The notes under the pieces were generated by a model. It was given only the letters and a program-made list of their open reading frames with translations. It was not told the DNA's origin and made no database searches. The translations under genes and the position numbers were made by a program. Positions 20,209-29,311 of a stretch of 64,000 nucleotides of DNA are shown here, in pieces (position 1 is the stretch's first letter; the number at the start of each line of letters is the position of its first letter). The DNA is from a virus (lineage: Duplodnaviria > Caudoviricetes): IMG/VR virus record IMGVR_UViG_2848005981_000005, positions 994-64,993 of that record. One strand, given 5' to 3'.

Positions 20209-20461
20209 CTGTTCTCAAATGGTCAACAACACTTTGCAACCTATCTGCATCTTTAGGATTGAAAATAAATTCGTCAAAATCTCCATATGCACTTCGATGA
20301 CCAAATATGTACTTAACAGCATGGATAATTCGTTTGAGTACATTTCTTTCGGGTTTTAAGTGTACGTTGCAATATACTTCCTTTTCATCCTCAAAATATG
20401 ACATCACAATCTGATGTTCGATGCTGTTGCATTCACAAATAAAGAGTTCTTTTTTATCCAT
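20192..20461 (-). CDS. Hypothetical protein
   Basis: Directly downstream of hicAB on the same strand. Confidence 0.65.
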   Translation of the reverse strand: MDKKELFICECNSIEHQIVMSYFEDEKEVYCNVHLKPERNVLKRIIHAVKYIFGHRSAYGDFDEFIFNPKDADRLQSVVDHLRTEKPEH

Positions 20462-20467
20462 GGTTGT

Positions 20468-20812
20468 TTATAACATAGTTGCAACTTGCTTTTCTACGGC
20501 TGATTTAATAAAAGCGTTTATTGATATTCCAGCCTGTTGGGCGAGAATGGCAATTTTGCTATGTACCTCTGGGGAAATTCGTATGTTCAGGGAACCAGAA
20601 TAACTTTTACGCGGTGTAATTCCGGCTTCCTTACAATATGCTATATAATCATCCACAGCTCCTTTAAAATCCTCTTTCAATTCAGATACAGTTTCACCTT
20701 CATACGAAATCATTGTATCTTTTGGCAAATCAAGGACTTTTCCAAATAGGCAATTATCTTCATCGCTTATCTCAATACTTCCTATGTAACCTTTGTAAGT
20801 CAATGTTTTCAT
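20468..20812 (-). CDS. hicB: HicB antitoxin
   Basis: YKGYIGSI, FKGAVDDY, YSGSLNIRISPEVH. Confidence 0.92.
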   Translation of the reverse strand: MKTLTYKGYIGSIEISDEDNCLFGKVLDLPKDTMISYEGETVSELKEDFKGAVDDYIAYCKEAGITPRKSYSGSLNIRISPEVHSKIAILAQQAGISINAFIKSAVEKQVATML

Positions 20813-21060
20813 ATTAATTTATTTTTAGTCAGAAATTCAAATACTTGTTTCATTACATACCCTTTTACGATACTTCCTGGATGTGGCTTATGCGCAGTGT
20901 ACGAGCTTTCCCCTTTTGCGAAAATGACACGTGACCCACTTGTTTTTCCTTTGTTATCTATCTTATATCCGAAAATGGAGAACAAGCGTACAAGCTCATC
21001 CCAATTAAAATCTTTTGGCTGGCTTTTAAAGCGTTCTATCAACTTCTCTTTTGTACCCAT
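20809..21060 (-). CDS. hicA: HicA toxin
   Basis: GKTSGSRVIF, HKPHP; overlaps hicB. Confidence 0.92.
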   Translation of the reverse strand: MGTKEKLIERFKSQPKDFNWDELVRLFSIFGYKIDNKGKTSGSRVIFAKGESSYTAHKPHPGSIVKGYVMKQVFEFLTKNKLI

Positions 21061-21112
21061 AATTTAATGGTTTATGCAAATGTAACTATTTTACAGTTGC
21101 AGAACAAGTGAT

Positions 21113-21424
21113 TTACTGTTTTTCTTCAATCTCAGCCACAATTTTCTTTAGCTCCTCTATCGTATCGGCTTTGTAGAAGTTTTCTTTATACTGGATAAGG
21201 GCGGTGAGTTCACTATCTTCTCCTTTACAAGTGGAAGAGTTATTTGTTTCGTCTCGGAAGAAGTCAACTATATTGCAATCAATGGCGTCGGCTATCTCTT
21301 TCAACTTTTTGTAGGTGGGATTTCCTTGTAAGGTAAGAGTAAGAGTTACTCTATTTACACCCATCTTTTTTGCTACATCCTGAATGGTGTAGCCCTTTTC
21401 TTTAATGATGCTTTTTATATCCAT
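21113..21424 (-). CDS. XRE-family HTH regulator
   Basis: IKEKGYTIQDVAKKMGVNRVTL...GNPT. Confidence 0.88.
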   Translation of the reverse strand: MDIKSIIKEKGYTIQDVAKKMGVNRVTLTLTLQGNPTYKKLKEIADAIDCNIVDFFRDETNNSSTCKGEDSELTALIQYKENFYKADTIEELKKIVAEIEEKQ

Positions 21425-21676
21425 TTCAAATGTATATTATAATAAACGGAACAAATATAATATGATAAAATCAATAATGCAATAAAAGTAGCTGTTTATT
21501 GCATCAAGAAGATTGATTTATTAATAAATATGTAATTGTATACCCTTACAATTGTGTTTTTGCTAATGTTTATTAAACAGCTACATTTTTATCTTTATTC
21601 TATTTGAAGTGTAATTATAAACCCATACATTTGCATCATCAAACAAGAAGTAATAACAATTAAAAGATATACGATT

Positions 21677-21859
21677 ATGGCAGCATCAGTAATTAAACAA
21701 AGAACAATAGAGAAGTTCATCATGTCAGAGTTTGTACAAGGCAATTTGAACACAAAAGAACAAGTAAGCTGTATGCTCATTTTGATTCAAAAGAAGCTGG
21801 GTATGTCAGTAGAGCAAGCAAGTGACTTTATGAGAAACACAATTGGTATTAACGCTTAA
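21677..21859 (+). CDS. Small hypothetical protein
   Basis: First ORF after the promoter TACATTTGCATCATCAA at 21626. Confidence 0.65.
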   Translation: MAASVIKQRTIEKFIMSEFVQGNLNTKEQVSCMLILIQKKLGMSVEQASDFMRNTIGINA

Positions 21860-21869
21860 ATATACGATC

Positions 21870-22124
21870 ATGGCAACAAAGAAGATTGATGAAAAGAAAA
21901 CATTGAAGTATGCAGTAGCATTCTACTTCTGTACATCAGGTAAGATAAACTTCATGTTAGGCAATAAAATGTATCAGCATATAAATACTGTTTATGACCA
22001 AAGAGAAGATGGCAGAGGCTTCAATACCTGTGAAGTTGTTTATAACTACAAGGCTCAAAAGTACGAGGTTCTGAATGTAGATACAGAGATAGGCAACAAA
22101 GAGATTACGGTATTAAATAATTAA
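21870..22124 (+). CDS. Hypothetical protein
   Basis: ACGATC-ATG start context. Confidence 0.65.
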   Translation: MATKKIDEKKTLKYAVAFYFCTSGKINFMLGNKMYQHINTVYDQREDGRGFNTCEVVYNYKAQKYEVLNVDTEIGNKEITVLNN

Positions 22125-22160
22125 TCAGCAGGGCGAAAGCCCTGCGTAATATAGAAGATT

Positions 22161-22361
22161 ATGAAGCGATATTATTTTGAACTGTTAGATGATGATTATA
22201 ATGATTTGGGTGCATTGATACCGGACGGCAGTAGTAAGAAAACCGCTGTTAATCGTGCGAAAAGATGGATGGTTGATAACAATATTCAGTCTGCCCAATT
22301 AAGCGTAAATAGCATGATTACTGACAATATTTTGGATATAATAAGCATAGAAATAGCATAA
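22161..22361 (+). CDS. Small hypothetical protein
   Basis: GATT-ATG start context. Confidence 0.6.
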   Translation: MKRYYFELLDDDYNDLGALIPDGSSKKTAVNRAKRWMVDNNIQSAQLSVNSMITDNILDIISIEIA

Positions 22362-22404
22362 GTTTTAATCCGGTAGCCTTTGGGCTACCACAATACACAC
22401 GATT

Positions 22405-22602
22405 ATGGAAGCGGATTTAGTTTTAGTTATCAGCCCCGAAGCCCCACTGATGAAACAACTGGGCAAAGTATTGGGTAAGTTATGTAGTATGTGCGATTTT
22501 ACCACCATAGAGAGGGGTGAAAAGTACATCACCATACAGCATGATGAAACTGGGCTTGTAGTGGCTTATACGAGTGAAGAAAGATTGAAAGCGAAACTTT
22601 AA
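22405..22602 (+). CDS. Small hypothetical protein
   Basis: ACACGATT-ATG start context. Confidence 0.65.
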   Translation: MEADLVLVISPEAPLMKQLGKVLGKLCSMCDFTTIERGEKYITIQHDETGLVVAYTSEERLKAKL

Positions 22603-22614
22603 ATATAAATGATT

Positions 22615-22821
22615 ATGAACTCAATAAACGAAAACGGTTGCAGCGTATGCCAGCCCGGTAAAGAGAATTACACTACCTACACAACGAAGTTAGGCAGAAA
22701 GAGAATGAGAATGTATCAGTATGACTACCGTACTGAAAGCGGTGAGTTGTTTTCTTGTTGTGCACCTACCTTAGAGCAGTGCAGAGAAAGACGGGACAAA
22801 TGGCTTAGTTCACAACAATAA
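22615..22821 (+). CDS. DUF3873-like protein
   Basis: NGCSVC..GKENY, YQYDYR..GELFSC..PTLEQCR. Confidence 0.75.
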   Translation: MNSINENGCSVCQPGKENYTTYTTKLGRKRMRMYQYDYRTESGELFSCCAPTLEQCRERRDKWLSSQQ

Positions 22822-22883
22822 CCTGATTGTTGTGTATAACGATTGAAGATATTTCGTTATCTTTGGTTGTGGTAGTACCTTTG
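22811..22883 (+). promoter_or_regulatory. Late-type promoter: palindrome CACAACAAT-N6-ATTGTTGTG plus -7 element TACCTTTG
   Basis: Perfect inverted repeat at 22811-22834 and TAnnTTTG at 22876. Same spacing at four other sites. Confidence 0.75.
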
Positions 22884-22892
22884 GGGTACTAT

Positions 22893-22964
22893 CGCGGGGT
22901 GTAGCAGTGGTAGCTTTTCACTTTGACTTGGTGAAGGTCGGTTGTTCGATTCAGCCCCCCGCAA
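22893..22964 (+). tRNA. Initiator-type tRNA body with GAC (Val) anticodon
   Basis: Acceptor CGCGGGG/CCCCGCA (C1xA72), A73, A11:U24. Anticodon arm TCACT-TTGACTT-GGTGA, variable loop AGGTC, T arm GGTTG-TTCGATT-CAGCC. CCA not encoded. Confidence 0.9.
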
Positions 22965-22996
22965 CTATTGAGTATTAATTTAAATTTGACACGATT

Positions 22997-23386
22997 ATGA
23001 ACATTCTTACATTAAGCATCAAACAGAAGTATTTCGATGAAATCTTGGCAGGCAAGAAAACCCACGAATACCGCGAAATCAGACCAACAAACGCTAAGAA
23101 ATATATCACTTACCTATGTGGCGGTAAAGAATATCCGGCTGATGCAGAACTGCCTGAAGAAGGTGAGGTAGAATTGAAGCCTATCAAGTACGATGCAATC
23201 AAGCTTCTGACAGGTGCATATACGGGTAAACGTCCTTACATCATTATAGAGGTAAAGAATGCAGAAGCAGTAATTCTCACAGATGAAAACGGTAATGATA
23301 TTGTTTACGAATATCAAGGCGAAGAATATCTTGCCGCACAAATGGATTATACTTTGGGTAAGATATTAGAGAAACATATAGATTGA
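22997..23386 (+). CDS. ASCH/PUA-like domain protein
   Basis: LSIKQKYFDEILAGKKTHEYRE. Confidence 0.88.
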   Translation: MNILTLSIKQKYFDEILAGKKTHEYREIRPTNAKKYITYLCGGKEYPADAELPEEGEVELKPIKYDAIKLLTGAYTGKRPYIIIEVKNAEAVILTDENGNDIVYEYQGEEYLAAQMDYTLGKILEKHID

Positions 23387-23416
23387 TTTGTTTAACTTTT
23401 AAAATTAGAAAGCAGA

Positions 23417-23587
23417 GTCGCAAGAAGAATTAACAGAGTAGCCGGGCCTCGCAGAAATATGAACGGTGCAGGGGCTGGTGGTAGATTGGTTGCCAGACGT
23501 GGCGGTGAAGCTGGTACATCACAGTTGGGGTCACGCAGACAGCGTTATAGTGACCTTCGTACTTCATTTGGTTTAAGTGGTGGTTAG
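23417..23587 (+). CDS. Cryptic Arg/Gly-rich peptide P1, 56 aa, inferred GTC start
   Basis: VARRINRVAGPRR...GSRRQRYSDLRTSFGLSGG*. Context AAAGCAGA-GTC. Ends 2 nt before the next ATG. Confidence 0.7.
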   Translation, partial: VARRINRVAGPRRNMNGAGAGGRLVARRGGEAGTSQLGSRRQRYSDLRTSFGLSGG

Positions 23588-23589
23588 CT

Positions 23590-24267
23590 ATGAGCAAGGT
23601 AGAACAAGCGAACCGGTATATAGACCTCATTCGGGTAAAATCGAATGAGGCTTTACTGTTTTTATCACTTGGTAAAGATTCGCTTGTTCTGCTTGATTTA
23701 ATCTATCCGAAGTTTGACCGGATTGTTTGTGTGTTCATGTACTTTGTCAAGAATTTGGAGCATATTAACCGATGGATTGGCTGGACTAAAGCCAAATATC
23801 CAAAGATTGAGTTTGTTCAAGTGCCACACTGGAATCTTACCTACATTCTTAGAGGTGGCTTGTATTGTGTACCCAATCCGAAAGTAAAGCTATTGAAGTT
23901 GGCAGATGTGGTAAAGGCTATGCAGCTTACTCATGGAGTTTATTATACATTCTTGGGCATGAAAAAAGCTGATGGTATGAACCGCAGGCTTATGCTGAAA
24001 GGGTATGAGGTAAACGGTTACGAGAATAACGGTATGGTTTATCCTTTGGCTGATTGGACACAAAAGGATATTCTTGCTTATATGAGGCAGCACAAATTAC
24101 CCGAACCAGTTCGATATTCATTGAAAGCCAGTTCGGGAGTAGGTTTCAATCTTGATTGTATGCTTTGGATGGAGAATAATTACCCGCAAGATTTACAGAG
24201 AATTTACAAAGTTTTCCCAATGGCTGAAAGGGTGCTTTGGGAGTATAATAATCAACAAAAGCAATAG
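23590..24267 (+). CDS. PP-loop (PAPS-reductase-like) adenine nucleotide alpha-hydrolase
   Basis: SLGKDS PP-loop, GMKKADGMNRR, YPLADWT. Confidence 0.87.
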   Translation: MSKVEQANRYIDLIRVKSNEALLFLSLGKDSLVLLDLIYPKFDRIVCVFMYFVKNLEHINRWIGWTKAKYPKIEFVQVPHWNLTYILRGGLYCVPNPKVKLLKLADVVKAMQLTHGVYYTFLGMKKADGMNRRLMLKGYEVNGYENNGMVYPLADWTQKDILAYMRQHKLPEPVRYSLKASSGVGFNLDCMLWMENNYPQDLQRIYKVFPMAERVLWEYNNQQKQ

Positions 24268-24279
24268 AAGGAAAGCCGA

Positions 24280-24486
24280 GTCAGAAGAAAATCAATTGAT
24301 GATATTGCAGAGCAAAGATACAGACTATCTCGTACTTTAACGGGTAATAGGCTGAACAGAGTAAACTCTATTGCAAGAAAGTATATTCGATACATTGAAC
24401 AAACCTTTGGGTATAATGAGGGGAAACAACAAGATGGCGCAAGAAAAGTATCTCGAAGAATTTATATGGGTTTAACTAATGGATGA
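24280..24486 (+). CDS. Cryptic Arg-rich peptide P2, 68 aa, inferred GTC start
   Basis: VRRKSIDDIAEQ...RKVSRRIYMGLTNG*. Context AAAGCCGA-GTC. Its only Met is residue 63. Ends 1 nt before the next ATG. Confidence 0.8.
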   Translation, partial: VRRKSIDDIAEQRYRLSRTLTGNRLNRVNSIARKYIRYIEQTFGYNEGKQQDGARKVSRRIYMGLTNG

Positions 24487-24487
24487 T

Positions 24488-25228
24488 ATGGAATTGTCAA
24501 AATACATAAAGAGTGAATCGATGGAACTTAATCGTTCTGCCATTCACTTTGCAGATTATAACCCCCGGAAACTTTCCGATGAATCACGTAAGACACTGAA
24601 ACGTGGCATCAAGAAGTTTGGTTTAGTCGGTGGAATTGTCGTGAACAAGCGTACAGGTCTTACCGTAGTCAGCGGGCACCAGCGTTTGTCTGTCATGGAC
24701 GAATTGCAAAAGTTTCCCGATAACGACTACCGCATTCGTGTCGATGTCATAGATGTGAACGAGCAGCAGGAAAAGGAGTTGAATATTTTAATGAACAACC
24801 CGAATGCACAAGGTACATGGGATTTTGACGCTCTTGCCCGTATTGTTCCTGATATTGACTGGAAAGATGCAGGATTGACGGATGCCGACTTGAATATGAT
24901 TGGGGTTGATTTCCTTTTGCAGACCGAAGAAGAAAGCTCCATTGCTGACGAACTGGAAAGCATGATGTCGCCTGTAACAGAACAGAAAGAAGCCGATAAA
25001 GCCACCAAGCAGTTGGAACGTGCCGAAAAGGTTGCCCACATGAAGGAAGTCAAGCAACAGGTAAAAGAAAACGCACAGAAGCAAGTCGAGAACATGGATG
25101 CCTATGTGATGTTGTCCTTTGATACCTATGAAGCTAAAGCCGCTTTCTGCGAAAGGTTCGGGTATGATCCGGATATGAAGTTCATAAAGGGAGAAGTATT
25201 TGATGAACAAGTAGAAAGAATAGATTAA
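24488..25228 (+). CDS. ParB/Srx N-terminal domain protein
   Basis: YNPRKL, GIKKFGLV, VSGHQRL. Confidence 0.88.
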   Translation: MELSKYIKSESMELNRSAIHFADYNPRKLSDESRKTLKRGIKKFGLVGGIVVNKRTGLTVVSGHQRLSVMDELQKFPDNDYRIRVDVIDVNEQQEKELNILMNNPNAQGTWDFDALARIVPDIDWKDAGLTDADLNMIGVDFLLQTEEESSIADELESMMSPVTEQKEADKATKQLERAEKVAHMKEVKQQVKENAQKQVENMDAYVMLSFDTYEAKAAFCERFGYDPDMKFIKGEVFDEQVERID

Positions 25229-25247
25229 TTATTGGGAGGAAAGCTGA

Positions 25248-25481
25248 GTTAGAAAGAAAACATATAGCCAGTTATATCAGCAGTCCAGACAAATAATGTA
25301 CAACGCTGGAAGGCAATACGGGTTAGGTTCTGCAAGACAAAGAAACATAAGGGATAGAACGAAATCTATAATGGGAAGATATGCTGAGAAAATAGATAGC
25401 TATTTCTCAAAAAGAGGAGTTGATGTCTATGGAAACAAGCCAATTTCTCGCCGTGTATATATGGGTAACAATAACGGTTAA
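25248..25481 (+). CDS. Cryptic Arg-rich peptide P3, 77 aa, inferred GTT start
   Basis: VRKKTYSQLYQQ...KPISRRVYMGNNNG*. Context AAAGCTGA-GTT, with an in-frame TGA immediately before. Confidence 0.8.
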   Translation, partial: VRKKTYSQLYQQSRQIMYNAGRQYGLGSARQRNIRDRTKSIMGRYAEKIDSYFSKRGVDVYGNKPISRRVYMGNNNG

Positions 25482-25485
25482 AATT

Positions 25486-25629
25486 ATGATTGGCGATTTT
25501 ATACTTTGGATAAGGAATGTTCTAAAGCAAAACCTGTTTTGTGTTCATCATTATGTTTGGAAAGGTAGTGTGATGTTCTCTGAGTTCAGGTATGAACAAT
25601 GTGAGAAATGTGGAAAATTAAAGAAGTAA
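25486..25629 (+). CDS. Small Zn-ribbon protein
   Basis: FCVHHY...CEKCGK; coupled to the terminase small subunit. Confidence 0.6.
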   Translation: MIGDFILWIRNVLKQNLFCVHHYVWKGSVMFSEFRYEQCEKCGKLKK

Positions 25630-25630
25630 T

Positions 25631-26146
25631 ATGAGCAATAGTGAATCTCAAAATAGAAAAGGTAAAGGAGGAAGAAAGCCAAAGTTTGATTATACAAGCG
25701 AGGACTTTCTTTCTCTCGTGGAATCGTATGCCAAAAAGGGATTCACTGACAAGGAAATAGCCTATGCCATAGGGATTTTACCACAAACTTTCTGCGAAAA
25801 GAAAAGTGAGTACACCGAAATATCCGAAGTCTTAGCGCGTGGGCGCGCGACAATCAATGCCACTGTAAGGGCTAAATTCCTTGCAATGGCTCTCGGTGGC
25901 ATAAAAACCAAAAGCACCGTGGTAAGAAAGCTCCGTGATTCAGAGGGAAATTTGACAGGTGAGGATGAATTACAAGTTAGCGAAAGCGAGTTGGCTCCTA
26001 ATTTGCAAGCAATGTCCGTTTGGCTGTACCACCATGATGAAGATTGGAGAAAGATTGAACGCAAGCAGGATGAAGATGCTGATATTCCAACAGACATAGA
26101 GCACGGCATCAACATTGATTCCTGGATTAAAGACAAGCTGAAATGA
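25631..26146 (+). CDS. terS: Terminase small subunit
   Basis: GRKPKF, HTH, APNLQAMSVWL; directly before terL. Confidence 0.82.
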   Translation: MSNSESQNRKGKGGRKPKFDYTSEDFLSLVESYAKKGFTDKEIAYAIGILPQTFCEKKSEYTEISEVLARGRATINATVRAKFLAMALGGIKTKSTVVRKLRDSEGNLTGEDELQVSESELAPNLQAMSVWLYHHDEDWRKIERKQDEDADIPTDIEHGINIDSWIKDKLK

Positions 26147-27411
26147 TAGTACCTCAAGAAATTTACCATCCATTATATGAGGATAAGGAAAAATTTATAA
26201 TTCTTATCACCGGTGGGCGTGGTAGCGGAAAGTCTTTCAATGCTTCTACCTTTATTGAGCGGTTGACTTTTGAAATGACTCCCGTAGAGAAGATAGTTCA
26301 TCAGATTCTTTACACCCGTTACACGATGGTTTCTGCCGGTATGTCTATCATCCCCGAAATGATGGAGAAGATAGATTTGGACGGTACCACGAAATATTTC
26401 AAGACCACAAAGACGGATATAGTCAATAAGATGACTAAGAGCCGTATAATGTTCCGAGGCATCAAGACTTCTTCCGGGAACCAGACAGCAAAACTGAAAT
26501 CCATTCAAGGCATTACGACTTTTGTCTGCGATGAAGCGGAAGAGTGGACAAGCGAAGATGAGTTCGACAAGATAATGCTCTCCATTCGCAAGAAGGGTAT
26601 TCAGAACCGGATTATTATCATAATGAACCCATGCGATTCCAATCACTTCATCTACAAGAAATACATTGAGAAAACTCACAAGCTGGTAGAGATTGATGGT
26701 GTGCAGGTTCAGATTTCCACTCATCCGAATGTGCTCCACATTCATACGACTTACTTTGATAATTTGGAGAATCTTTCACCGGAGTTTCTAAAAGAGGTAG
26801 AGGATATAAAGGTGAGTAATCCTGAAAAGTATGGTCATGTGGTTATCGGCCGGTGGGCTGACGTTGCAGAAGGTGCTGTGTTCAAGAAGTGGGGAATTGT
26901 GAAAGAGTTCCCGCAGGAATGTAAAAAGGTAGGAATAGGGCAGGACTTCGGCTTTACTAATGATCCTTCCGCTGCTGTAAGATGTGGCATTATTGATAAC
27001 CGTTTGTATGTTGATGAACTTTTCTATGAAACGGATATGCTTTCGTCGGCTATTGCCAATAGGTTAAAGCCTTTCTCTATGAAAGTTTTTGCCGATTCGC
27101 AAGACCCTCGATTGATTCAAGAGATAAAGAACAGAGGCGTGAATATCTATCCGGTAGATAAGTTTCCCGGCTCCATCAAAGCGGGTATTGATAAGATTAA
27201 AGACATGGAGTTCTTTGTAACAGAACGCTCTTACAATATTATTACTGAACTTCGGAAATATGTTTGGGATAAAGATAAGGATGGAAACTACATCAATGAG
27301 CCAGTAGATGAATATAATCATTTGATGGATGCTATTAGATATTATGTATTGGGTTGTTTGCTTGGACGCATTTTGAAGCCGAAAGATTTAACTGGAATAT
27401 TCACACACTAA
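26143..27411 (+). CDS. terL: Terminase large subunit (PBSX family)
   Basis: GGRGSGKS, DEAEE, MNP, GQDFGF, NHLMDAIRY. Confidence 0.96.
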   Translation: MIVPQEIYHPLYEDKEKFIILITGGRGSGKSFNASTFIERLTFEMTPVEKIVHQILYTRYTMVSAGMSIIPEMMEKIDLDGTTKYFKTTKTDIVNKMTKSRIMFRGIKTSSGNQTAKLKSIQGITTFVCDEAEEWTSEDEFDKIMLSIRKKGIQNRIIIIMNPCDSNHFIYKKYIEKTHKLVEIDGVQVQISTHPNVLHIHTTYFDNLENLSPEFLKEVEDIKVSNPEKYGHVVIGRWADVAEGAVFKKWGIVKEFPQECKKVGIGQDFGFTNDPSAAVRCGIIDNRLYVDELFYETDMLSSAIANRLKPFSMKVFADSQDPRLIQEIKNRGVNIYPVDKFPGSIKAGIDKIKDMEFFVTERSYNIITELRKYVWDKDKDGNYINEPVDEYNHLMDAIRYYVLGCLLGRILKPKDLTGIFTH

Positions 27412-27422
27412 AAATATAAGCT

Positions 27423-28916
27423 ATGCCATTGAATTTAGAAGAAATATTAGCATTGCCCGATATCGGGCAGAAGATAAACTACCTGAAGAAAGGTAGGAAG
27501 ACTGAACTTCCCGACTGTTGTAAACTTTGGGACGATTGGAATCCGGAACGCCATGAAATTATGGTTGACAAAAAGAAGTATCCGGACAGAAAGGTTCTTG
27601 AAAAAGAAGCTGAGAAGCACTTCGATGAAAAAACTGGTAAGACTTATGAAATCGAAGCAAAGTATAAAACAGAACCAGTGAACCGTATCTCCATTCCATT
27701 GGAACAGGATATAGTGAACATTCAAACTGCTTTCACGGTCGGCACAGAACCGTCTATGGATTGCACTCCGACTGATGATGATGAAAAGAAGCTGCTGGAT
27801 GCGGTAAAGGCTGTATTTAAATCCAACAAAATCAAATACCAAAACAAGAAGATTGTCCGTGCCTGGCTCTCCGAACAAGAAGCGGCAGAATATTGGTATG
27901 TTACCGATGATGATTCGTTTTGGGCGAAGTTCTGGAAAAAAGTAAAGACTACGTTCGGTGGCAAGGTAAAGCCCACCAAGAAACTGAAAAGTGTGTTATG
28001 GTCTCCATTCAAAGGTGATAAGCTATACCCGTTCTTTAACGATGAAGGTAAAATGATTGCTTTCTCACGTGAGTATAAAAAGAAGCTCATGGATGATTCG
28101 GAGGTCATCTGCTTTATGACTATCACGGACAAAATGGTTTATCAATGGGATTTGTCTAAAGGATATGAAGAAAGAACGCCTTTTGCTCATGGATTCCCAA
28201 AACTACCGGTTCTCTATGCTTATCGTCCTGAACCTTATTGCAAAAAGATAAAGACTTTTCGGGTTCGGTTGGAGAAATTATTATCCAATTATGCAGATTG
28301 CATCGATTATCATTTCTTCCCTTTATTGAAACTTATCGGTGACGTGGAGGGTTTCATGGGTAAGGTTAAGGATAGAATGGTCAAACTTACAGGTGAAGGT
28401 GCGGATGCCCAGTATCTGACGTGGAACCAAGTTCCGGATACGGTACGTTTTGAAGCAGAAACACTCACCAATATGGCTTATGATATGTCAAACACTCCAA
28501 GAATATCCTTTGAGACGTTGAAGGGGGTAGGCAAAGCATCAGGAACCGCTTTCCGCTTTATGTTCATGGGTGCACACATGGCGGTAGAAAATCACGGTGA
28601 GGTTATCGGCGAGTTTTTACAGCGGAGAGTAAATTTCATTGTTTCCGCTTTAGGCTCTATCAATCCAACCGAGTTTAGCAAGGCATCGCAAACCATTGAC
28701 ATAGAAACAGAACTGGTTCCATATATGATTGATGATTTGAATGATAAGGTGACTACTGCCGTTTCCGCTGTCAGTGGTGGCATCTGGTCAACGCGTGAGG
28801 GAATCATGTTTGCCGGGAATGCTGATAGGGTAGAAGAGGAGCTTGCAGAAATCAAGGAGGAGCAAGCGGCAAAGAATGAGCAAATCGGAAATAAGGGACA
28901 GAAAAATGCCTCTTAG
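27423..28916 (+). CDS. Portal protein (SPP1 gp6-like)
   Basis: Size and position after terL; TPRISF and SGTAFR motifs. Confidence 0.9.
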   Translation: MPLNLEEILALPDIGQKINYLKKGRKTELPDCCKLWDDWNPERHEIMVDKKKYPDRKVLEKEAEKHFDEKTGKTYEIEAKYKTEPVNRISIPLEQDIVNIQTAFTVGTEPSMDCTPTDDDEKKLLDAVKAVFKSNKIKYQNKKIVRAWLSEQEAAEYWYVTDDDSFWAKFWKKVKTTFGGKVKPTKKLKSVLWSPFKGDKLYPFFNDEGKMIAFSREYKKKLMDDSEVICFMTITDKMVYQWDLSKGYEERTPFAHGFPKLPVLYAYRPEPYCKKIKTFRVRLEKLLSNYADCIDYHFFPLLKLIGDVEGFMGKVKDRMVKLTGEGADAQYLTWNQVPDTVRFEAETLTNMAYDMSNTPRISFETLKGVGKASGTAFRFMFMGAHMAVENHGEVIGEFLQRRVNFIVSALGSINPTEFSKASQTIDIETELVPYMIDDLNDKVTTAVSAVSGGIWSTREGIMFAGNADRVEEELAEIKEEQAAKNEQIGNKGQKNAS

Positions 28917-29065
28917 TCAGAAAAATTATGGGGATTATAATTTTAGTACAAGAAAAATAGAATATTTTGCGGCAACATCAAAGAATTGCCGCTAATTTTT
29001 TGCTTGAATAGTTGTAGGTAATTAAATAATTACCTATATTTGTAGGGTAATCAATAGAGAAAGGT

Positions 29066-29305
29066 ATGCCAACGATATTTATTTTATTTGGTTTTCGTTT
29101 TATGTTTTACGCTAATGACCATGAGCCTATACATGTTCATGTAATCAAAGGGGATGTAAGTGCTAAATTCACTTTATTTCCAGTTACATTAATCAAAAAT
29201 AATGGCTTGAAGTCATCTGAACTGAAACTTGTAGAATCAGTTATAGAAGAAAATCAAGAAGTAATAGCAGAGCATTGGAATAAATTTTTTAATAAATCAA
29301 AATAA
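29066..29305 (+). CDS. DUF4160-family putative toxin
   Basis: MPTI...FYANDHEPIHVHV...AKF. Confidence 0.85.
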   Translation: MPTIFILFGFRFMFYANDHEPIHVHVIKGDVSAKFTLFPVTLIKNNGLKSSELKLVESVIEENQEVIAEHWNKFFNKSK

Positions 29306-29311
29306 GTGGTT

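Noticed and set aside
22858-22865. TATCTTTG as the main tRNA promoter
   Set aside because: It is a valid -7 match and may be a secondary promoter, but TACCTTTG at 22876 fits the 43-nt spacing seen at the four other sites.
22893-22964. Calling this an ordinary elongator tRNA-Val(GAC) or a pseudo-tRNA
   Set aside because: C1xA72, the fMet-type acceptor stem, A11:U24 and U37 are not elongator features. The cloverleaf is intact apart from one U:U in the D stem, and matching GTY-start ORFs exist.
24265-24486. P2 made by TAG readthrough from the PP-loop gene, which is in frame
   Set aside because: It cannot explain P1, P3 or P4 or the shared start context. Not strictly excluded for P2 alone.
25296-25481. 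ATG start for P3 as given in the ORF track
   Set aside because: It omits the VRKK N-terminus shared with P2 and P4, which have no equivalent ATG.
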